From the IMG/VR virus record IMGVR_UViG_3300028649_000004, positions 1-64,000 of that record: a stretch of 64,000 nucleotides of DNA; one strand, given 5' to 3'. The notes beneath the pieces were generated by a model. The model did not search any database. It was not told the DNA's origin and worked only from the letters and a program-made list of their open reading frames with translations. Every line of letters begins with the position of its first letter. The first letter of the stretch is position 1. Of this stretch, positions 1-10,848 are shown in pieces. Source of the stretch: a virus. Taxonomy: Duplodnaviria; Caudoviricetes. The position numbers and the translations under genes were made by a program.

Positions 1-189
1 TACTATTTTGCTATTATTATTTAAATGTTTTAATAGTAACTCAATTCCTTCTTGCATATTATCATAATTATTATAATCTTCTATAACTAACTTATCTAAA
101 TTAAATAAGTCCTTAGTTATACCTCTATTTTCTAAAACTGTTTCTATAGGTGTAAAAGTGTAGTTATTACCTATTAATTTATATTTCAT
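1..189 (-). CDS. RecJ-like ssDNA exonuclease (DHH family), N-terminus only, runs off the window
   Basis: ATG at 189 reads MKYKLIGNNYTFTPIETVLENRGI...YDNMQEGIELLLKHL, a RecJ-type N-terminus; follows primase as SPbeta yorK does. Confidence 0.7.
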   Translation of the reverse strand, partial: MKYKLIGNNYTFTPIETVLENRGITKDLFNLDKLVIEDYNNYDNMQEGIELLLKHLNNNSKIV

Positions 190-195
190 ATTTAA

Positions 196-1236
196 TCATC
201 CCTCATATTTAAATTTACAATTATTATATAATTGCATAAATGTCTCTTTACCTTTATCAGTAACACTTTCTTTCCCTTGCAATAAGTCTAAATCATCATA
301 TATATAATAAACATTACATAACCCTTTTTTAAATTTCTTACATTCTACAAAAATATCATCTAAAACAACATCTTTGTCAAAGGCTAGTATTATATCTTTT
401 CCTAGTTTAAGTAATTTTGTTAACTGTACTGGGCTAATAACCTTTTTGCTTACTGCTACACAGTTATTAATATCCATATCATCACATTGCATAACTGACT
501 TTTCTGCCTCGAATACAAACACTTCATTAGATGATATAATATCAAAATAGTTTTCATATAAACCATATAAATAGAATTCTCCGACATATGGATAATAGTA
601 AAAATATTTTGGTATTCCTTTAATTTTATAATCATTATCCATCGTGCGTCCTTTGAACGTAAGTAATTCTCCACTGTCATTTCTAATTGGGAAAACCACT
701 CTATTATCTAATATGTCATATGAAACACCAAATTTAGTTTGTGTAGTCTTATTAATCCCATCTTGTAAAAACAAATCACACGTTTCTCTTATAAATCTCT
801 GAGTGAAAGTTTCATCTAATATTAATTCATCATAATCATCAAGTTTATTTATTTTATTTAAACTTCTTTTAAATTGTCTTAAAAAACTATAACTAGAACT
901 CTTTTCACTCTTTTTAACATTGTTGCTATATTTCAATCCACATTGTTTACATACAAACTGAATAGCTTCTGGTAGACTATATTCATTTATGAATTGTATA
1001 AGAGTAAACATATCTTTATATTCGTATTTATCAAATTCACCTTTTCTTGAATATACTTCTGTTTTTAAATTATCATTTAATTTAATGCTTATAGAAGTAA
1101 AATTATCACCATCGGGCAAAGCACAAGTAATACGTTTTGAACTTTTTTTTATATGATGACAACCTATATTTTCTAATATATTTTCTATATATTGTGGATT
1201 CTCTTTTAGATATATTTTAAGTTCATCCTTATCCAT
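196..1236 (-). CDS. Phage DNA primase (DnaG-like, TOPRIM)
   Basis: RVVFPIRN..G....FKGR, YLYGL, VFVFEAEKSV and IILAFDKD TOPRIM motifs; adjacent to helicase. Confidence 0.88.
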   Translation of the reverse strand: MDKDELKIYLKENPQYIENILENIGCHHIKKSSKRITCALPDGDNFTSISIKLNDNLKTEVYSRKGEFDKYEYKDMFTLIQFINEYSLPEAIQFVCKQCGLKYSNNVKKSEKSSSYSFLRQFKRSLNKINKLDDYDELILDETFTQRFIRETCDLFLQDGINKTTQTKFGVSYDILDNRVVFPIRNDSGELLTFKGRTMDNDYKIKGIPKYFYYYPYVGEFYLYGLYENYFDIISSNEVFVFEAEKSVMQCDDMDINNCVAVSKKVISPVQLTKLLKLGKDIILAFDKDVVLDDIFVECKKFKKGLCNVYYIYDDLDLLQGKESVTDKGKETFMQLYNNCKFKYEG

Positions 1237-1251
1237 ATGCCTTACCTCCTT

Positions 1252-2649
1252 TTAATATGGTGAGTTTCCACCTTCTATATTAGAAAAGTTCTTAGCTTGA
1301 GTTATAATTGCCTTATCTCCCTCAAAAACAAAATTTAAATATTCTCCGTCCTCCATTTGACCACCATTTCTATTATAATCAATTACTAATTTACAATTGC
1401 CACTATCAACACCATCGTTAAGCATTTCTTCTTTTGTTTTATGTATCCAATATGCTATAGTTGAAGCATATCTATTTATTTTATCACTATCTGCCAATCT
1501 TTGTTCTTTTGGACTCATTTGCCCACCCGCTATTATAGGTATATCTAATGCTCCACCTACCTTATTTTTTAAGAAATTAGTCATATCTCCTAATACATTA
1601 TGTTCTTTATTATCTCCTCCACCAGTATCATCTACTTTTATATAGTCATAAATTAATAAACCTAAGTTCATAGATTGTTTTAGTTGTTTCGCTGTCATAT
1701 AAATTTTATCTTTAGTCCAACCAACATCGTATTTGTGAACTAATGGCTTATTTTTTAACCATTCCTTAGCTTCTTCGACCGCTTTTTCTTCTTGTAATGA
1801 GTAATTACCGTTCTTAACCTTTTTTATATCTACTCCAGATTTTAATGCTAAAAATCTTATCATCCATCTTTCATCACTCATTTCAGTATCAAATATAGCT
1901 ACAGGAACTCCGTTTTCAACCTTATGTATAGCTTCATTAAGAAAGAACATTGATTTACCACTTTTTGCTCTACCACCTATTACAACTAATTCGCCATTTT
2001 CATAAGTAAAATATTCATTTAACCCTTTATATTTACTAGGTATACCTGCAAATCCTGAATCTGTTCGTCTGCTTTTTATTAATTCCCACAATTCATCTGC
2101 TTTATCTCCTATCATCTGAACATTAGTATCTACAATATAATCATCTGCAAATTTAGTTATATCAGTTTGAACTTTATAATTAATACTGTTTATATCTTCA
2201 TTACTTGATAATACTCCATTCGCCATTTCTCTTAGTTTTATATATGTATCTCTTTTAAAGGCGTTAGATACTATATTGTTAGCAATAAATTCATATCCTT
2301 CGATTTCAGACCTAGCTACTAATCTCAAATCATCTAGCCATCCACATATATCTTTTGAAATATCATCAAATTCATTAATTATATTTTTAAAGCCTTTATT
2401 ACCCTCAACTTCAGTCATTATTAAAAAGTTATCTATTTCTGTAATACCTTTTTCCATTAAATTATTAACTATGTGATATATACATGCTAGTTCTCTATTA
2501 TAAAACTGATTTGGTTTCAGATACTCTGTCTTGTAAATAAACTCTGGATGTACTAATATAGTTCCTATTACTCCTGTTTCTGAAATGTCATCTTTAGGCA
2601 ATTCTATATTATGTAATTTTTCGAACTTTTTAATGTCATTAGCTTTCAT
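1252..2649 (-). CDS. Replicative DNA helicase, DnaB family
   Basis: Walker A GGRAKSGKS, FDTEM, LIYDYIK Walker B, YNRNG; DnaB-like N-terminal domain. Confidence 0.92.
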   Translation of the reverse strand: MKANDIKKFEKLHNIELPKDDISETGVIGTILVHPEFIYKTEYLKPNQFYNRELACIYHIVNNLMEKGITEIDNFLIMTEVEGNKGFKNIINEFDDISKDICGWLDDLRLVARSEIEGYEFIANNIVSNAFKRDTYIKLREMANGVLSSNEDINSINYKVQTDITKFADDYIVDTNVQMIGDKADELWELIKSRRTDSGFAGIPSKYKGLNEYFTYENGELVVIGGRAKSGKSMFFLNEAIHKVENGVPVAIFDTEMSDERWMIRFLALKSGVDIKKVKNGNYSLQEEKAVEEAKEWLKNKPLVHKYDVGWTKDKIYMTAKQLKQSMNLGLLIYDYIKVDDTGGGDNKEHNVLGDMTNFLKNKVGGALDIPIIAGGQMSPKEQRLADSDKINRYASTIAYWIHKTKEEMLNDGVDSGNCKLVIDYNRNGGQMEDGEYLNFVFEGDKAIITQAKNFSNIEGGNSPY

Positions 2650-2660
2650 GATTTCACCAC

Positions 2661-3107
2661 CTATAATATGTCTGTTATTTTTTTATTTGTAGGAGTATAG
2701 GTAAATACAATACTATCATCACTAGTATTTAATTTGTTTATATTAATGGTTTTGTTATATTCATCTCTAATGGTAATTTTCTTAAATTCATTCTTCAACT
2801 TATAGTCATTGGAATAATTAATTAATCCAAAAGGATTATTTATAGGTTTATTATTTTTATGTATAAATTCTAATACAAATAAAATATAATCTGCCGAATT
2901 ATTCTTTTCATGAATTAATTGTTTAATAACTTTTCTTAGAATTTGTAATGTGCAAGTTGGCATATTGCTTAAATAATATTCTTCTATTTGTTGTTTTAAT
3001 TCTTTCTCGTGATAACAGTCTTTATGAAAATACGAATTACCACTTTTAACTGCTTCTTCTCTTTCTACCTCGCCTCCGTGGCTACAATAGGAGTATTTGC
3101 ATTTCAT
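2661..3107 (-). CDS. Replication-associated protein with N-terminal Cys/His cluster (YorH-like)
   Basis: CKYSYC...YFHKDC motif; sits between AAA ATPase and helicase. Confidence 0.6.
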   Translation of the reverse strand: MKCKYSYCSHGGEVEREEAVKSGNSYFHKDCYHEKELKQQIEEYYLSNMPTCTLQILRKVIKQLIHEKNNSADYILFVLEFIHKNNKPINNPFGLINYSNDYKLKNEFKKITIRDEYNKTININKLNTSDDSIVFTYTPTNKKITDIL

Positions 3108-3130
3108 TTATATTCACCTACCTTTTAAAT

Positions 3131-3158
3131 TAGCCCACATCTAAACAGACATGGGCTA
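3131..3158 (-). terminator. Hairpin downstream of AAA ATPase gene
   Basis: TAGCCCA...TGGGCTA inverted repeat. Confidence 0.5.
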
Positions 3159-3165
3159 TGTTTTA

Positions 3166-4176
3166 TTATGCTAATTCTTCAAATGCTGATACTACTTTTT
3201 CTGCAATTGTTTTATCTGTAATATCATTAGGGTTTGGACTATCATTTAAATCTTTTAAAGTTTGAATAACTTCTGCTCTCTTACCATTATCAGATAACTC
3301 TTTGCACTTAAGTAAAATATCAGCCTTTAATTCATCTAAAGATAGTTTATTTTGTTGTTTTTTAGCTTTCTTCTCATTTTCCTGTACTATCTTCTTAGCT
3401 TCTTCTTCTTGATTTAATGCAATTTTTGTTTTTGCTTCTTCTTTAGCTTTTTCTAATTCATTTCGTTTAGATTTTACGTCTCCACCAGTAGACCATTTAT
3501 AAATTGTATCTCCATCTTTTTCTGTTAATACATCATTTCTATTTTCAAAGCAATGTGTATTATCTTTTACTGATGTAAAAAAGTGAGTATCTTGTTCTAC
3601 AGTTACAGCGACAGTAAATAAGAATTCTAAATCGTCTCTTTGTTGATATCCAATACCAACTTTTCTAGGTACTTGCTTTCCGTTTTGTTCTTCCAATACA
3701 TATTTATCTTTTCCTCTTACTGTTGCTACAATAAATGCTTCTGAATCTAATATCTTATCTACAAATTTTTCATGTCTAGGTGTTAACTTAGACCAGTTAG
3801 TATATGAATTTCCACTCATTTTACTATGTATTTCTAACATTCCACCTTTTCCAGCCCATTCATTACTTATTTGATCAATTACAATTACTTTATACCCAGC
3901 ATCTATTGCTTCATCAATCGCATCAACATAACTTTCAGGTGTAAAAGGTGCTTTTAGTTGCATTAAATCATAATCAAATTCATCTGCATAATATTTATCT
4001 CTCGAACCTTCTGTTCCTATGTAAGCAATTCTTTCTTCATTACCTGTATCTTTACTTAATGCTTCAGTTAAACCTTTAGCGACTCTTAATGCTCCAAAAC
4101 TTTTCCCTCCACCAGAAGGTGCTATTGTTAATACCTTTGCCCATATATTCTCTCTAACTGCTTTTTGAAATCCCAT
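3166..4176 (-). CDS. AAA_24/Sak4-like ATPase (YorG-like; putative single-strand annealing/recombination protein)
   Basis: Walker A APSGGGKS, VIVIDQISNEW, next to SSB-like gene. Confidence 0.8.
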   Translation of the reverse strand: MGFQKAVRENIWAKVLTIAPSGGGKSFGALRVAKGLTEALSKDTGNEERIAYIGTEGSRDKYYADEFDYDLMQLKAPFTPESYVDAIDEAIDAGYKVIVIDQISNEWAGKGGMLEIHSKMSGNSYTNWSKLTPRHEKFVDKILDSEAFIVATVRGKDKYVLEEQNGKQVPRKVGIGYQQRDDLEFLFTVAVTVEQDTHFFTSVKDNTHCFENRNDVLTEKDGDTIYKWSTGGDVKSKRNELEKAKEEAKTKIALNQEEEAKKIVQENEKKAKKQQNKLSLDELKADILLKCKELSDNGKRAEVIQTLKDLNDSPNPNDITDKTIAEKVVSAFEELA

Positions 4177-4274
4177 GTTTATAATCTCCTTCTTATTTTA
4201 AATTTATTTATTATTTTTATCTATTAGCCCTAAAATCAAGGGCTTCTTCTTTTGTTGTTATTTCTTTTAATTTA

Positions 4275-5150
4275 TTAAAATGGTAAATCATCATCTGTTA
4301 CAGTTGTAGTATCGCCACTTGGTTTACTTGAACCATTTGATTTATTTACTTGCTTAGATTCAACAAGTTCTAATGCTTCTCTAATTTCATCTCTTGTATA
4401 TTTTCCCTTTTCATTTTTTTCAGTATCAATATCTATAACTGATAATACCAATTCTCTTTCTTTAATCTTTTTATAAGTTTTAGTATTATTTCCACCAATA
4501 GTTTTTCCTTTTAATGTTTTTCTTTCTTTTGTTGGTTCACCAGTTTCTACTTCTCCTTCTTCGTAGATTGGTCTATTATCTACTTTAATTGTTGCATGAA
4601 GTAAATCACCAACTTTTGCATTTTCTTCTATATACTCCTTAACTACTTCATCCTCTAACGATAATTCTAATTCAATCATTTCGCCTTTATATGTAGTTAC
4701 ACCAGCTTTAACCAAACCATTACTTGGTTTTTCAGTTATTATAATTGATTGATTTAACTCATTTACTTCTTCAAAATCATCTGCATGAAAATCAATTACA
4801 TCGCTTTTCTTATACATTTGGCTTACTATCCATGTTAATTTTTTATGATATGTATCAATATCAGCTCTGATATTTAGGTATACACTATCTCCATCTTTAA
4901 AGTTTGCTTTAACAAAATCAATTGCTTCTTGTTCATTTAATTCTGTTACTTCATCATCTTGATTAGCTTTTAACTTAACATTAAGTTTTGAATTACTCCA
5001 GTCTCCTACTTGTACATAATTAGTGTTAGTTGCACTACTTTGTAATCCAAATGAAAGATTTCTTTTTACTGAGTTAGTGAAAGGTTCTTTGTTATTTAAT
5101 CCCCAAATTTTTCCTTCTAATCTTAAATATCCTTTAGTTCCTTGTATCAT
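4275..5150 (-). CDS. Putative single-stranded DNA-binding protein (YorF-like)
   Basis: Acidic C-terminal tail DDDLPF; likely start MIQGTK after an AGGAG RBS. Confidence 0.7.
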   Translation of the reverse strand: MIQGTKGYLRLEGKIWGLNNKEPFTNSVKRNLSFGLQSSATNTNYVQVGDWSNSKLNVKLKANQDDEVTELNEQEAIDFVKANFKDGDSVYLNIRADIDTYHKKLTWIVSQMYKKSDVIDFHADDFEEVNELNQSIIITEKPSNGLVKAGVTTYKGEMIELELSLEDEVVKEYIEENAKVGDLLHATIKVDNRPIYEEGEVETGEPTKERKTLKGKTIGGNNTKTYKKIKERELVLSVIDIDTEKNEKGKYTRDEIREALELVESKQVNKSNGSSKPSGDTTTVTDDDLPF

Positions 5151-5191
5151 AATAATTCTCCTTCTAGTGCAGGTCACCACCCATTAATTTT

Positions 5192-6382
5192 TTATATAAA
5201 TTTAAATTTAAAGCCTTTATAATTATCCTTTTTACCATTACATATATAAGAAATATATTTTCTACTAATATTTATTCCAAATATCTCTAATGATTTTCTT
5301 GACGCATCCGAAGCACTTTCAAATATTTGATTATTGTTTAAACATAACACTTTCTTTTTAATTTTATCAGTTGCTTTTAATATATTTATATTTCCATTCA
5401 TTTTTTGTACATTTTTAGCGTTATAGTCACACCAATTTAACTCTACCCCTCTATTTAAATATTTTTGGATTGTTGATTTACTTAGTTTCATCATCATTGC
5501 AATTTTAACACTACTATGAACCCCATTATTCCATGAATCACATGCCTCTTTAACTCTAGTTGATAAAGAAAATATATAACATTCCTCCCAATCAACATTA
5601 CTTGTATCTATAAGGCTATTAAACTGTTTATGGTTTAATATAGAATTTTTTATAAAATCTAAATCACTTTGCCTACAATCAATTATTATATAATTTTGTA
5701 CTCCATTATCTTTAGCTAACTCATCTTTAAATTTGTCATTTTCTACTTCTTCTTTTAAAGAACGACCTCTAGCTGATTCTTCGTAATGTTGCTTCCCATG
5801 TGCTTCAATCACACAATTTAATGAAGGTATATAAAAGTCATATTCTTTTTTAAAAGGTTTTAACCAATCAAAGTCTCTTTTATGATATTCAAAGTTAATA
5901 TTTAATTGAGTTAGTATTGAAAATATCATTTTTTCACCATAACTTATTCTATCATCGCAAATACATGCTAAACTTTTATATCTAAAGTATAAATCTATCT
6001 GTCTTAATTTTTCGTTGCCACAGTTAGGACACACCATTAATACTTTATCTGTACTACCACGACAATGTGTATAACAATCTTCAATATTTTTAAATAATTT
6101 AATACTATTTGGATCAGTCGTTGAAATATCATTTACGCCTTTTAAAATTTTTTGATTTACACAAACATTACAACTCATACCATTTTTTAAATTGTATTCA
6201 GTCATTTTATCAATATTATCATCTATTAAACATTGATAATCGTAATACAGTGTATTGTTGTATTTATATCTTTTTAATATAACTTTTTCATTTATTATAT
6301 TGCCAACATTATATAAGAATTCACCTCGATTCTTTTTAGTTTGTTCCATAATATTTCTCTCCTTCTGACTTTGGCTCGTCAC
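5192..6382 (-). CDS. Putative homing endonuclease (Zn-ribbon, PD-(D/E)xK nuclease, NUMOD1-like tail)
   Basis: CPNCG ribbon, EYDFYIPSLNCVIEAHGKQHY nuclease motif, KVLCLNNNQIFESASDA tail. Confidence 0.75.
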   Translation of the reverse strand: MTSQSQKERNIMEQTKKNRGEFLYNVGNIINEKVILKRYKYNNTLYYDYQCLIDDNIDKMTEYNLKNGMSCNVCVNQKILKGVNDISTTDPNSIKLFKNIEDCYTHCRGSTDKVLMVCPNCGNEKLRQIDLYFRYKSLACICDDRISYGEKMIFSILTQLNINFEYHKRDFDWLKPFKKEYDFYIPSLNCVIEAHGKQHYEESARGRSLKEEVENDKFKDELAKDNGVQNYIIIDCRQSDLDFIKNSILNHKQFNSLIDTSNVDWEECYIFSLSTRVKEACDSWNNGVHSSVKIAMMMKLSKSTIQKYLNRGVELNWCDYNAKNVQKMNGNINILKATDKIKKKVLCLNNNQIFESASDASRKSLEIFGINISRKYISYICNGKKDNYKGFKFKFI

Positions 6383-6493
6383 CCATTAAATTTTGTTATT
6401 TTTTAATTTATTTATAATACGCATTTCAACTTCTCGAGTTAAACTTAATGCAATTTTATACTATTTTCATTAATTTATTAACTTACTTTAAAA

Positions 6494-6679
6494 TTATTCT
6501 TTTATTGGCTTGTCTTTATCATCTGAATACTTACTTGACATTGATATAAAACTAGGAATTAACATTGCCCAAACAGGACTTGCTGATTTAGTTATATAAA
6601 CTGCGATTGATACTGTTATTCCAGTTGCTATCCAAGCACAACCATATGCTATATATGACCATTTATTCATCACATCCAC
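6494..6679 (-). CDS. Small membrane protein
   Basis: Two hydrophobic segments. Confidence 0.6.
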   Translation of the reverse strand: MDVMNKWSYIAYGCAWIATGITVSIAVYITKSASPVWAMLIPSFISMSSKYSDDKDKPIKE

Positions 6680-6693
6680 TTCCTTCTATTAAT

Positions 6694-6996
6694 TTATTTA
6701 CCCATTGCCACTTTAACTAATTTCCAAAACTTATCATTTTGATTATAGTCTGCATTTGCTAATTTAACTAATTCTTCTTTTGTATAAACTATTGCTTCCC
6801 AATCTGTATCATCAAAGTCATAACAACTACAATGTCCTCCTTCTAGTAATACATATTCTCCATAATTTAAACCTTCAAGTTCTTCTAATAATATTCTTCT
6901 GCTCATTTCATAATCTGGTTCAGTTGTATCTGCAACTACAATATTGTAAGGTTGTAGTTCTAGTTTATTGAGTCTTCCTTCTTGATATTTTTTCAT
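6694..6996 (-). CDS. Hypothetical phage protein
   Basis: AGGAG RBS; GGHCSCYDF motif. Confidence 0.65.
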   Translation of the reverse strand: MKKYQEGRLNKLELQPYNIVVADTTEPDYEMSRRILLEELEGLNYGEYVLLEGGHCSCYDFDDTDWEAIVYTKEELVKLANADYNQNDKFWKLVKVAMGK

Positions 6997-7042
6997 TTTA
7001 ATCTCTCCTTTAATATGTATTTTTAATTTATTAGCATTTAAT

Positions 7043-7139
7043 ATGCTTTATTGGATAGGCTGAACATTGTCAGCTCTACTTTCTAAAAGATTTATAACTT
7101 TGGGACTTTTCGAGTAGGTTATCTATCCAATAAAACATA
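7043..7139 (-). ncRNA. Candidate structured RNA (three-way junction)
   Basis: Long closing stem TATGTTTTATTGGATAG/CTATCCAATAAAGCATA with two internal hairpins, just downstream of a SigA-like promoter. Confidence 0.45.
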
Positions 7140-7391
7140 TTCTGTTAATTTGTTTCTTACCACTATTTAACTATATCACATATATTTTCATTTGTAAATG
7201 ATTATTTCTATTAATTTATTAAGTTATTATAAAACATACTTTTTAACAGGTTTTTTGACTTTTACACCCTAGTGTTTAAGCCATTCTTGAAACCTACTTT
7301 TTATGTATTGGTGGTAAGTTTTTCATTTCTTACCACCTTTAAATCTAGTTTAACATATTTACTAACTATCTGTCAACATAATTCTGTTAAT

Positions 7392-7811
7392 TTATTGGTG
7401 TATTTTGTTTAATTGAAGTTTTTCTTTTAACATAAATATATCTTCTTCAAATTCTCTTAGTTTATGTGTAGTAAATTTAACTGTGTCAATTAAATCATTA
7501 TTTTCATCTTTTAATTTTACAATAGAAACTAATTCTGCTATATCAAAGCAATTTTGTTTTACTACTCTTTTTATTTCTTCAATATTTGATAACATTTCTT
7601 CATGTTCTATGACTTTATTATTCCTCTTTAAATTAATTACATCTATCCAATTTTTAGATGTTACTACTTCAAGTCTAGTTATATTTCTTTCAATATCATC
7701 AAATTGTCCATGTATGACATTAATTTTGTCATCTAACTTATTTATATCTGCTCTAATCTCATTTTGACCTTCTTTAAGTTCCATTAATATCTCTAAAATT
7801 TTATCATCCAT
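7392..7811 (-). CDS. Coiled-coil protein with internal repeats
   Basis: Heptad pattern, RBS present. Confidence 0.65.
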   Translation of the reverse strand: MDDKILEILMELKEGQNEIRADINKLDDKINVIHGQFDDIERNITRLEVVTSKNWIDVINLKRNNKVIEHEEMLSNIEEIKRVVKQNCFDIAELVSIVKLKDENNDLIDTVKFTTHKLREFEEDIFMLKEKLQLNKIHQ

Positions 7812-7853
7812 ATCAAATATCCATCCTTTACTTTATATTCTACATACAATAAT

Positions 7854-8231
7854 CTAAGAACATTTTATATATTCATTTCCTTTAAGTTCATATTCATGTT
7901 TCACCACCTTAAAATATGAACAATATTTATGCTTATATTTTTCTTTTAATTCAATTATATCACAATGTTCCTTTAATTGATTATATGTAGGATACCCTTC
8001 ACTGAAAGTATTATTTCTTTTATCATGCAATATATATTCTGTTTTATTACTTGGTTTATTTAATTTTTCTAATATTTCATTCAATGAATATTTGTTTTTA
8101 TCTTCACATTCTAAATGAATTATTTGCATATGAAAAGCCATTCTATCCATTGGACTTAATGACAAATACCATTCGGCAGTTAATAAATCATTATCTAGTT
8201 TATACTTTAATTCTTCTAATTCGCCATCCAT
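7854..8231 (-). CDS. Hypothetical protein
   Basis: ORF with RBS. Confidence 0.6.
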   Translation of the reverse strand: MDGELEELKYKLDNDLLTAEWYLSLSPMDRMAFHMQIIHLECEDKNKYSLNEILEKLNKPSNKTEYILHDKRNNTFSEGYPTYNQLKEHCDIIELKEKYKHKYCSYFKVVKHEYELKGNEYIKCS

Positions 8232-8383
8232 TATAATTCTACCTTTTTATAGAATATTTTGTATAATTCTGCAAGTGCTTTTTGTCTATTTTCTTCTAAT
8301 TGTTCTGGACTAACTTCCTTTTGAACATTAATAATTTTATATCCATTTTTAATTTCTACAGTTACTTTTTCCATAATTATCAC

Positions 8384-9163
8384 CTATTCCTCACTATGAT
8401 TTTTATTATATAAATATATTATACCATCTGCTAAAGCTTTTATAGCTCCTGGTGATGGTTTATTACAAGTGACCGTTATAGTTACTTCTCTACCCCTGAT
8501 TATCTCTTTATAGACTTTTTTGGTTCTTTCGCTGTTATTAGCAACCTTTAATTCTTCTAAATTAACTGGTTTTACTTCTTTTTCATTTAATGATTGACAT
8601 ACAACATTTATATCTAATGGAATATTTCTTTTTCTATCTCTATAATTCTTTGAAATAAATCTAGCTATATATTCTATTTTAATATCAACATTTTTATATT
8701 CATTATTATCTTTTACAAAATCATCATATAAATATTTTATCATTGCATATTCTTTTTGTATTTTTGATAAATTTAATGCTAAAAATTTACTGCTATAATT
8801 ACTATATTTTTCAGATGATTTTTTATTACTTTTAACCAACAATGGAATTAATTTATCTATTATTATATTAATATAATCACTTATATTTTTATAATTTGTC
8901 AAAGTATCTTTTAATAATGTTGTTTTGAAATCTTTCTCCCAATCATTACATAATTTAACCAACTTAAATATCTCAAACATTTCATAGCCTTCAGTTGGAA
9001 TATGAACAAATTTCAAAGGTTCGTATTTCCCAAATTCTGATTTTAAAAAAGTAGGTTTGATATTATATTTATCTAATTCTAACCCTAATCCTTCTATTGT
9101 TGCATTTCTATTTCCATACATATATTTTCTAATTATAGTATCAGTTCTTTTTATTTGTGCCAT
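8384..9163 (-). CDS. Hypothetical protein
   Basis: 259-aa ORF, GAGGT RBS, own promoter. Confidence 0.7.
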   Translation of the reverse strand: MAQIKRTDTIIRKYMYGNRNATIEGLGLELDKYNIKPTFLKSEFGKYEPLKFVHIPTEGYEMFEIFKLVKLCNDWEKDFKTTLLKDTLTNYKNISDYINIIIDKLIPLLVKSNKKSSEKYSNYSSKFLALNLSKIQKEYAMIKYLYDDFVKDNNEYKNVDIKIEYIARFISKNYRDRKRNIPLDINVVCQSLNEKEVKPVNLEELKVANNSERTKKVYKEIIRGREVTITVTCNKPSPGAIKALADGIIYLYNKNHSEE

Positions 9164-9267
9164 ATTAATTACCTTCTTTTCTTAATTTATTCGTTAAACT
9201 AATATTATCACATACTACCATATAATGCAATACTATTTTATATTAATTTATTTAAATTATATATGTA

Positions 9268-10848
9268 TTAATACGCTTGTGCTAATTCTTGGCTATGTAT
9301 TGATAATTTTAATTTATTTTTTTGTTCAATCCATTTTTGATACTCTTCTTTAGTAGTATTTTCAAATATGTATCCTTTATATTCATTTTGAGTTCCTAAA
9401 CAAACTTTTCTTATATCAGATTTGCATAATTTAATTTTAAATAATTGTTCTGATTGTTCACTACATTCATTCGAATTAAAAAACATCATTATAAGTTTCA
9501 TATTTATATCAAACATTTTTATTGGAATTGAGCGATTTGTTTTTCCGTTTTGTTTTCCAATTTTATTTAATTCTTCTTTGGCATTATAATAGCACCAGTC
9601 CAAATCATTACCTTTCTTTAACCATTCACAAATAGTTTTACAATGTATATTCATAATTTTTGCAATATCACCAGTAGTGAATGTAGGATTATTTCCTTTT
9701 AAAAGACAAGCTTCTTTAACTCTGTTACTTAATGCAAACGCTTCACATTTTAGCCAATCTATATTGGATATATCAAATAATTTGCTTAAATCAGAATCTA
9801 ATATATTTTGTTTTATATCTCCTTCATCAGATATCCTTACAACCTTATATCCGTATTCACTAGCTAATCTATCTTTTTCATCATCTAAGAATTTAGATTC
9901 TTCTTTGGTTTGTCCTGACATATTATTGTCTTTTCTATGAAATCCACCATCCATTTCTATAATTAAATTTATATTTTCTAAAACAAAATCATATTCTCCA
10001 CTTACTTCTTTTTGTTTATATGTATTATAAAACTTACACCAATCAAATGTTTGGTTATCTATGAATTTTTGATTCAATTGGGTTAAAAGTTTATAGATAT
10101 ATTTATGACCATAACTATATCCGTCTCCACAAGAACATCCTATTGAATGATTATTATAAATAGTATCTATAGACATATTTTTAACCTTAACTCTTCCACA
10201 ATCAGGACAAGTAACTTGTACTTTCTCATTACTACCGTGTTTATGTATCTTAGCACATTCCTCACCTATATATGAAATAATCCATTTATCAGTATAATAT
10301 ATTGAATTTATATCTTTGACTACTATTCTATTACCTCCACAACATGAACAATTTGTACCTTTTATCAAATCGCTCTCTAAAATCCATAATTCATCTTTAT
10401 GTATTTTTTCTTTTATACTCCAATTTTCTCCACATTCGAATCTACATTTATAACATTTATATTTATAATATTTTCTCCAATGTCCATTTTTATCTTTAAA
10501 TTTTGCTCTTGTTGTAATTACAATATCTCTTTTATCATCTTGAAATCTTGTTCCTATTTCTATTTTAAATTCCGATGTGTATATTTCTAATATTCTACCT
10601 AACTGACATTTTTTAATTTTATCAATTCCTATATAAAAATATTTATTATTATATTCTATCTTTAATTCACTTTTTGAAGAAATATAGTCAATTATTTTAA
10701 TTATACCCTTAATATTATTATATACAAATCTTATTTTATAACCAATAGATTTTAGCCAATTAATAGTTCCATCTCTCCCTCCTCCTTTTCCTTTATGTTT
10801 TTCCCATTTAGGCAAATCATCTAAAAACACTTTCCTCATATATTCCAC
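9268..10848 (-). CDS. Putative homing endonuclease (Zn-ribbon, PD-(D/E)xK, NUMOD-like tail), paralog of 5192-6382
   Basis: CPDCG, EYDFVLENINLIIEMDGGFH, shared LSxRVKEAC segment. Confidence 0.75.
   Translation of the reverse strand: MEYMRKVFLDDLPKWEKHKGKGGGRDGTINWLKSIGYKIRFVYNNIKGIIKIIDYISSKSELKIEYNNKYFYIGIDKIKKCQLGRILEIYTSEFKIEIGTRFQDDKRDIVITTRAKFKDKNGHWRKYYKYKCYKCRFECGENWSIKEKIHKDELWILESDLIKGTNCSCCGGNRIVVKDINSIYYTDKWIISYIGEECAKIHKHGSNEKVQVTCPDCGRVKVKNMSIDTIYNNHSIGCSCGDGYSYGHKYIYKLLTQLNQKFIDNQTFDWCKFYNTYKQKEVSGEYDFVLENINLIIEMDGGFHRKDNNMSGQTKEESKFLDDEKDRLASEYGYKVVRISDEGDIKQNILDSDLSKLFDISNIDWLKCEAFALSNRVKEACLLKGNNPTFTTGDIAKIMNIHCKTICEWLKKGNDLDWCYYNAKEELNKIGKQNGKTNRSIPIKMFDINMKLIMMFFNSNECSEQSEQLFKIKLCKSDIRKVCLGTQNEYKGYIFENTTKEEYQKWIEQKNKLKLSIHSQELAQAY

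Noticed and set aside
7043-7139. tRNA or hammerhead ribozyme
   Set aside because: No T-loop or anticodon cloverleaf and no CUGAnGA core
5192-10848. Group I introns around the homing endonucleases
   Set aside because: Flanking genes appear uninterrupted and no intron core was recognised; they look free-standing
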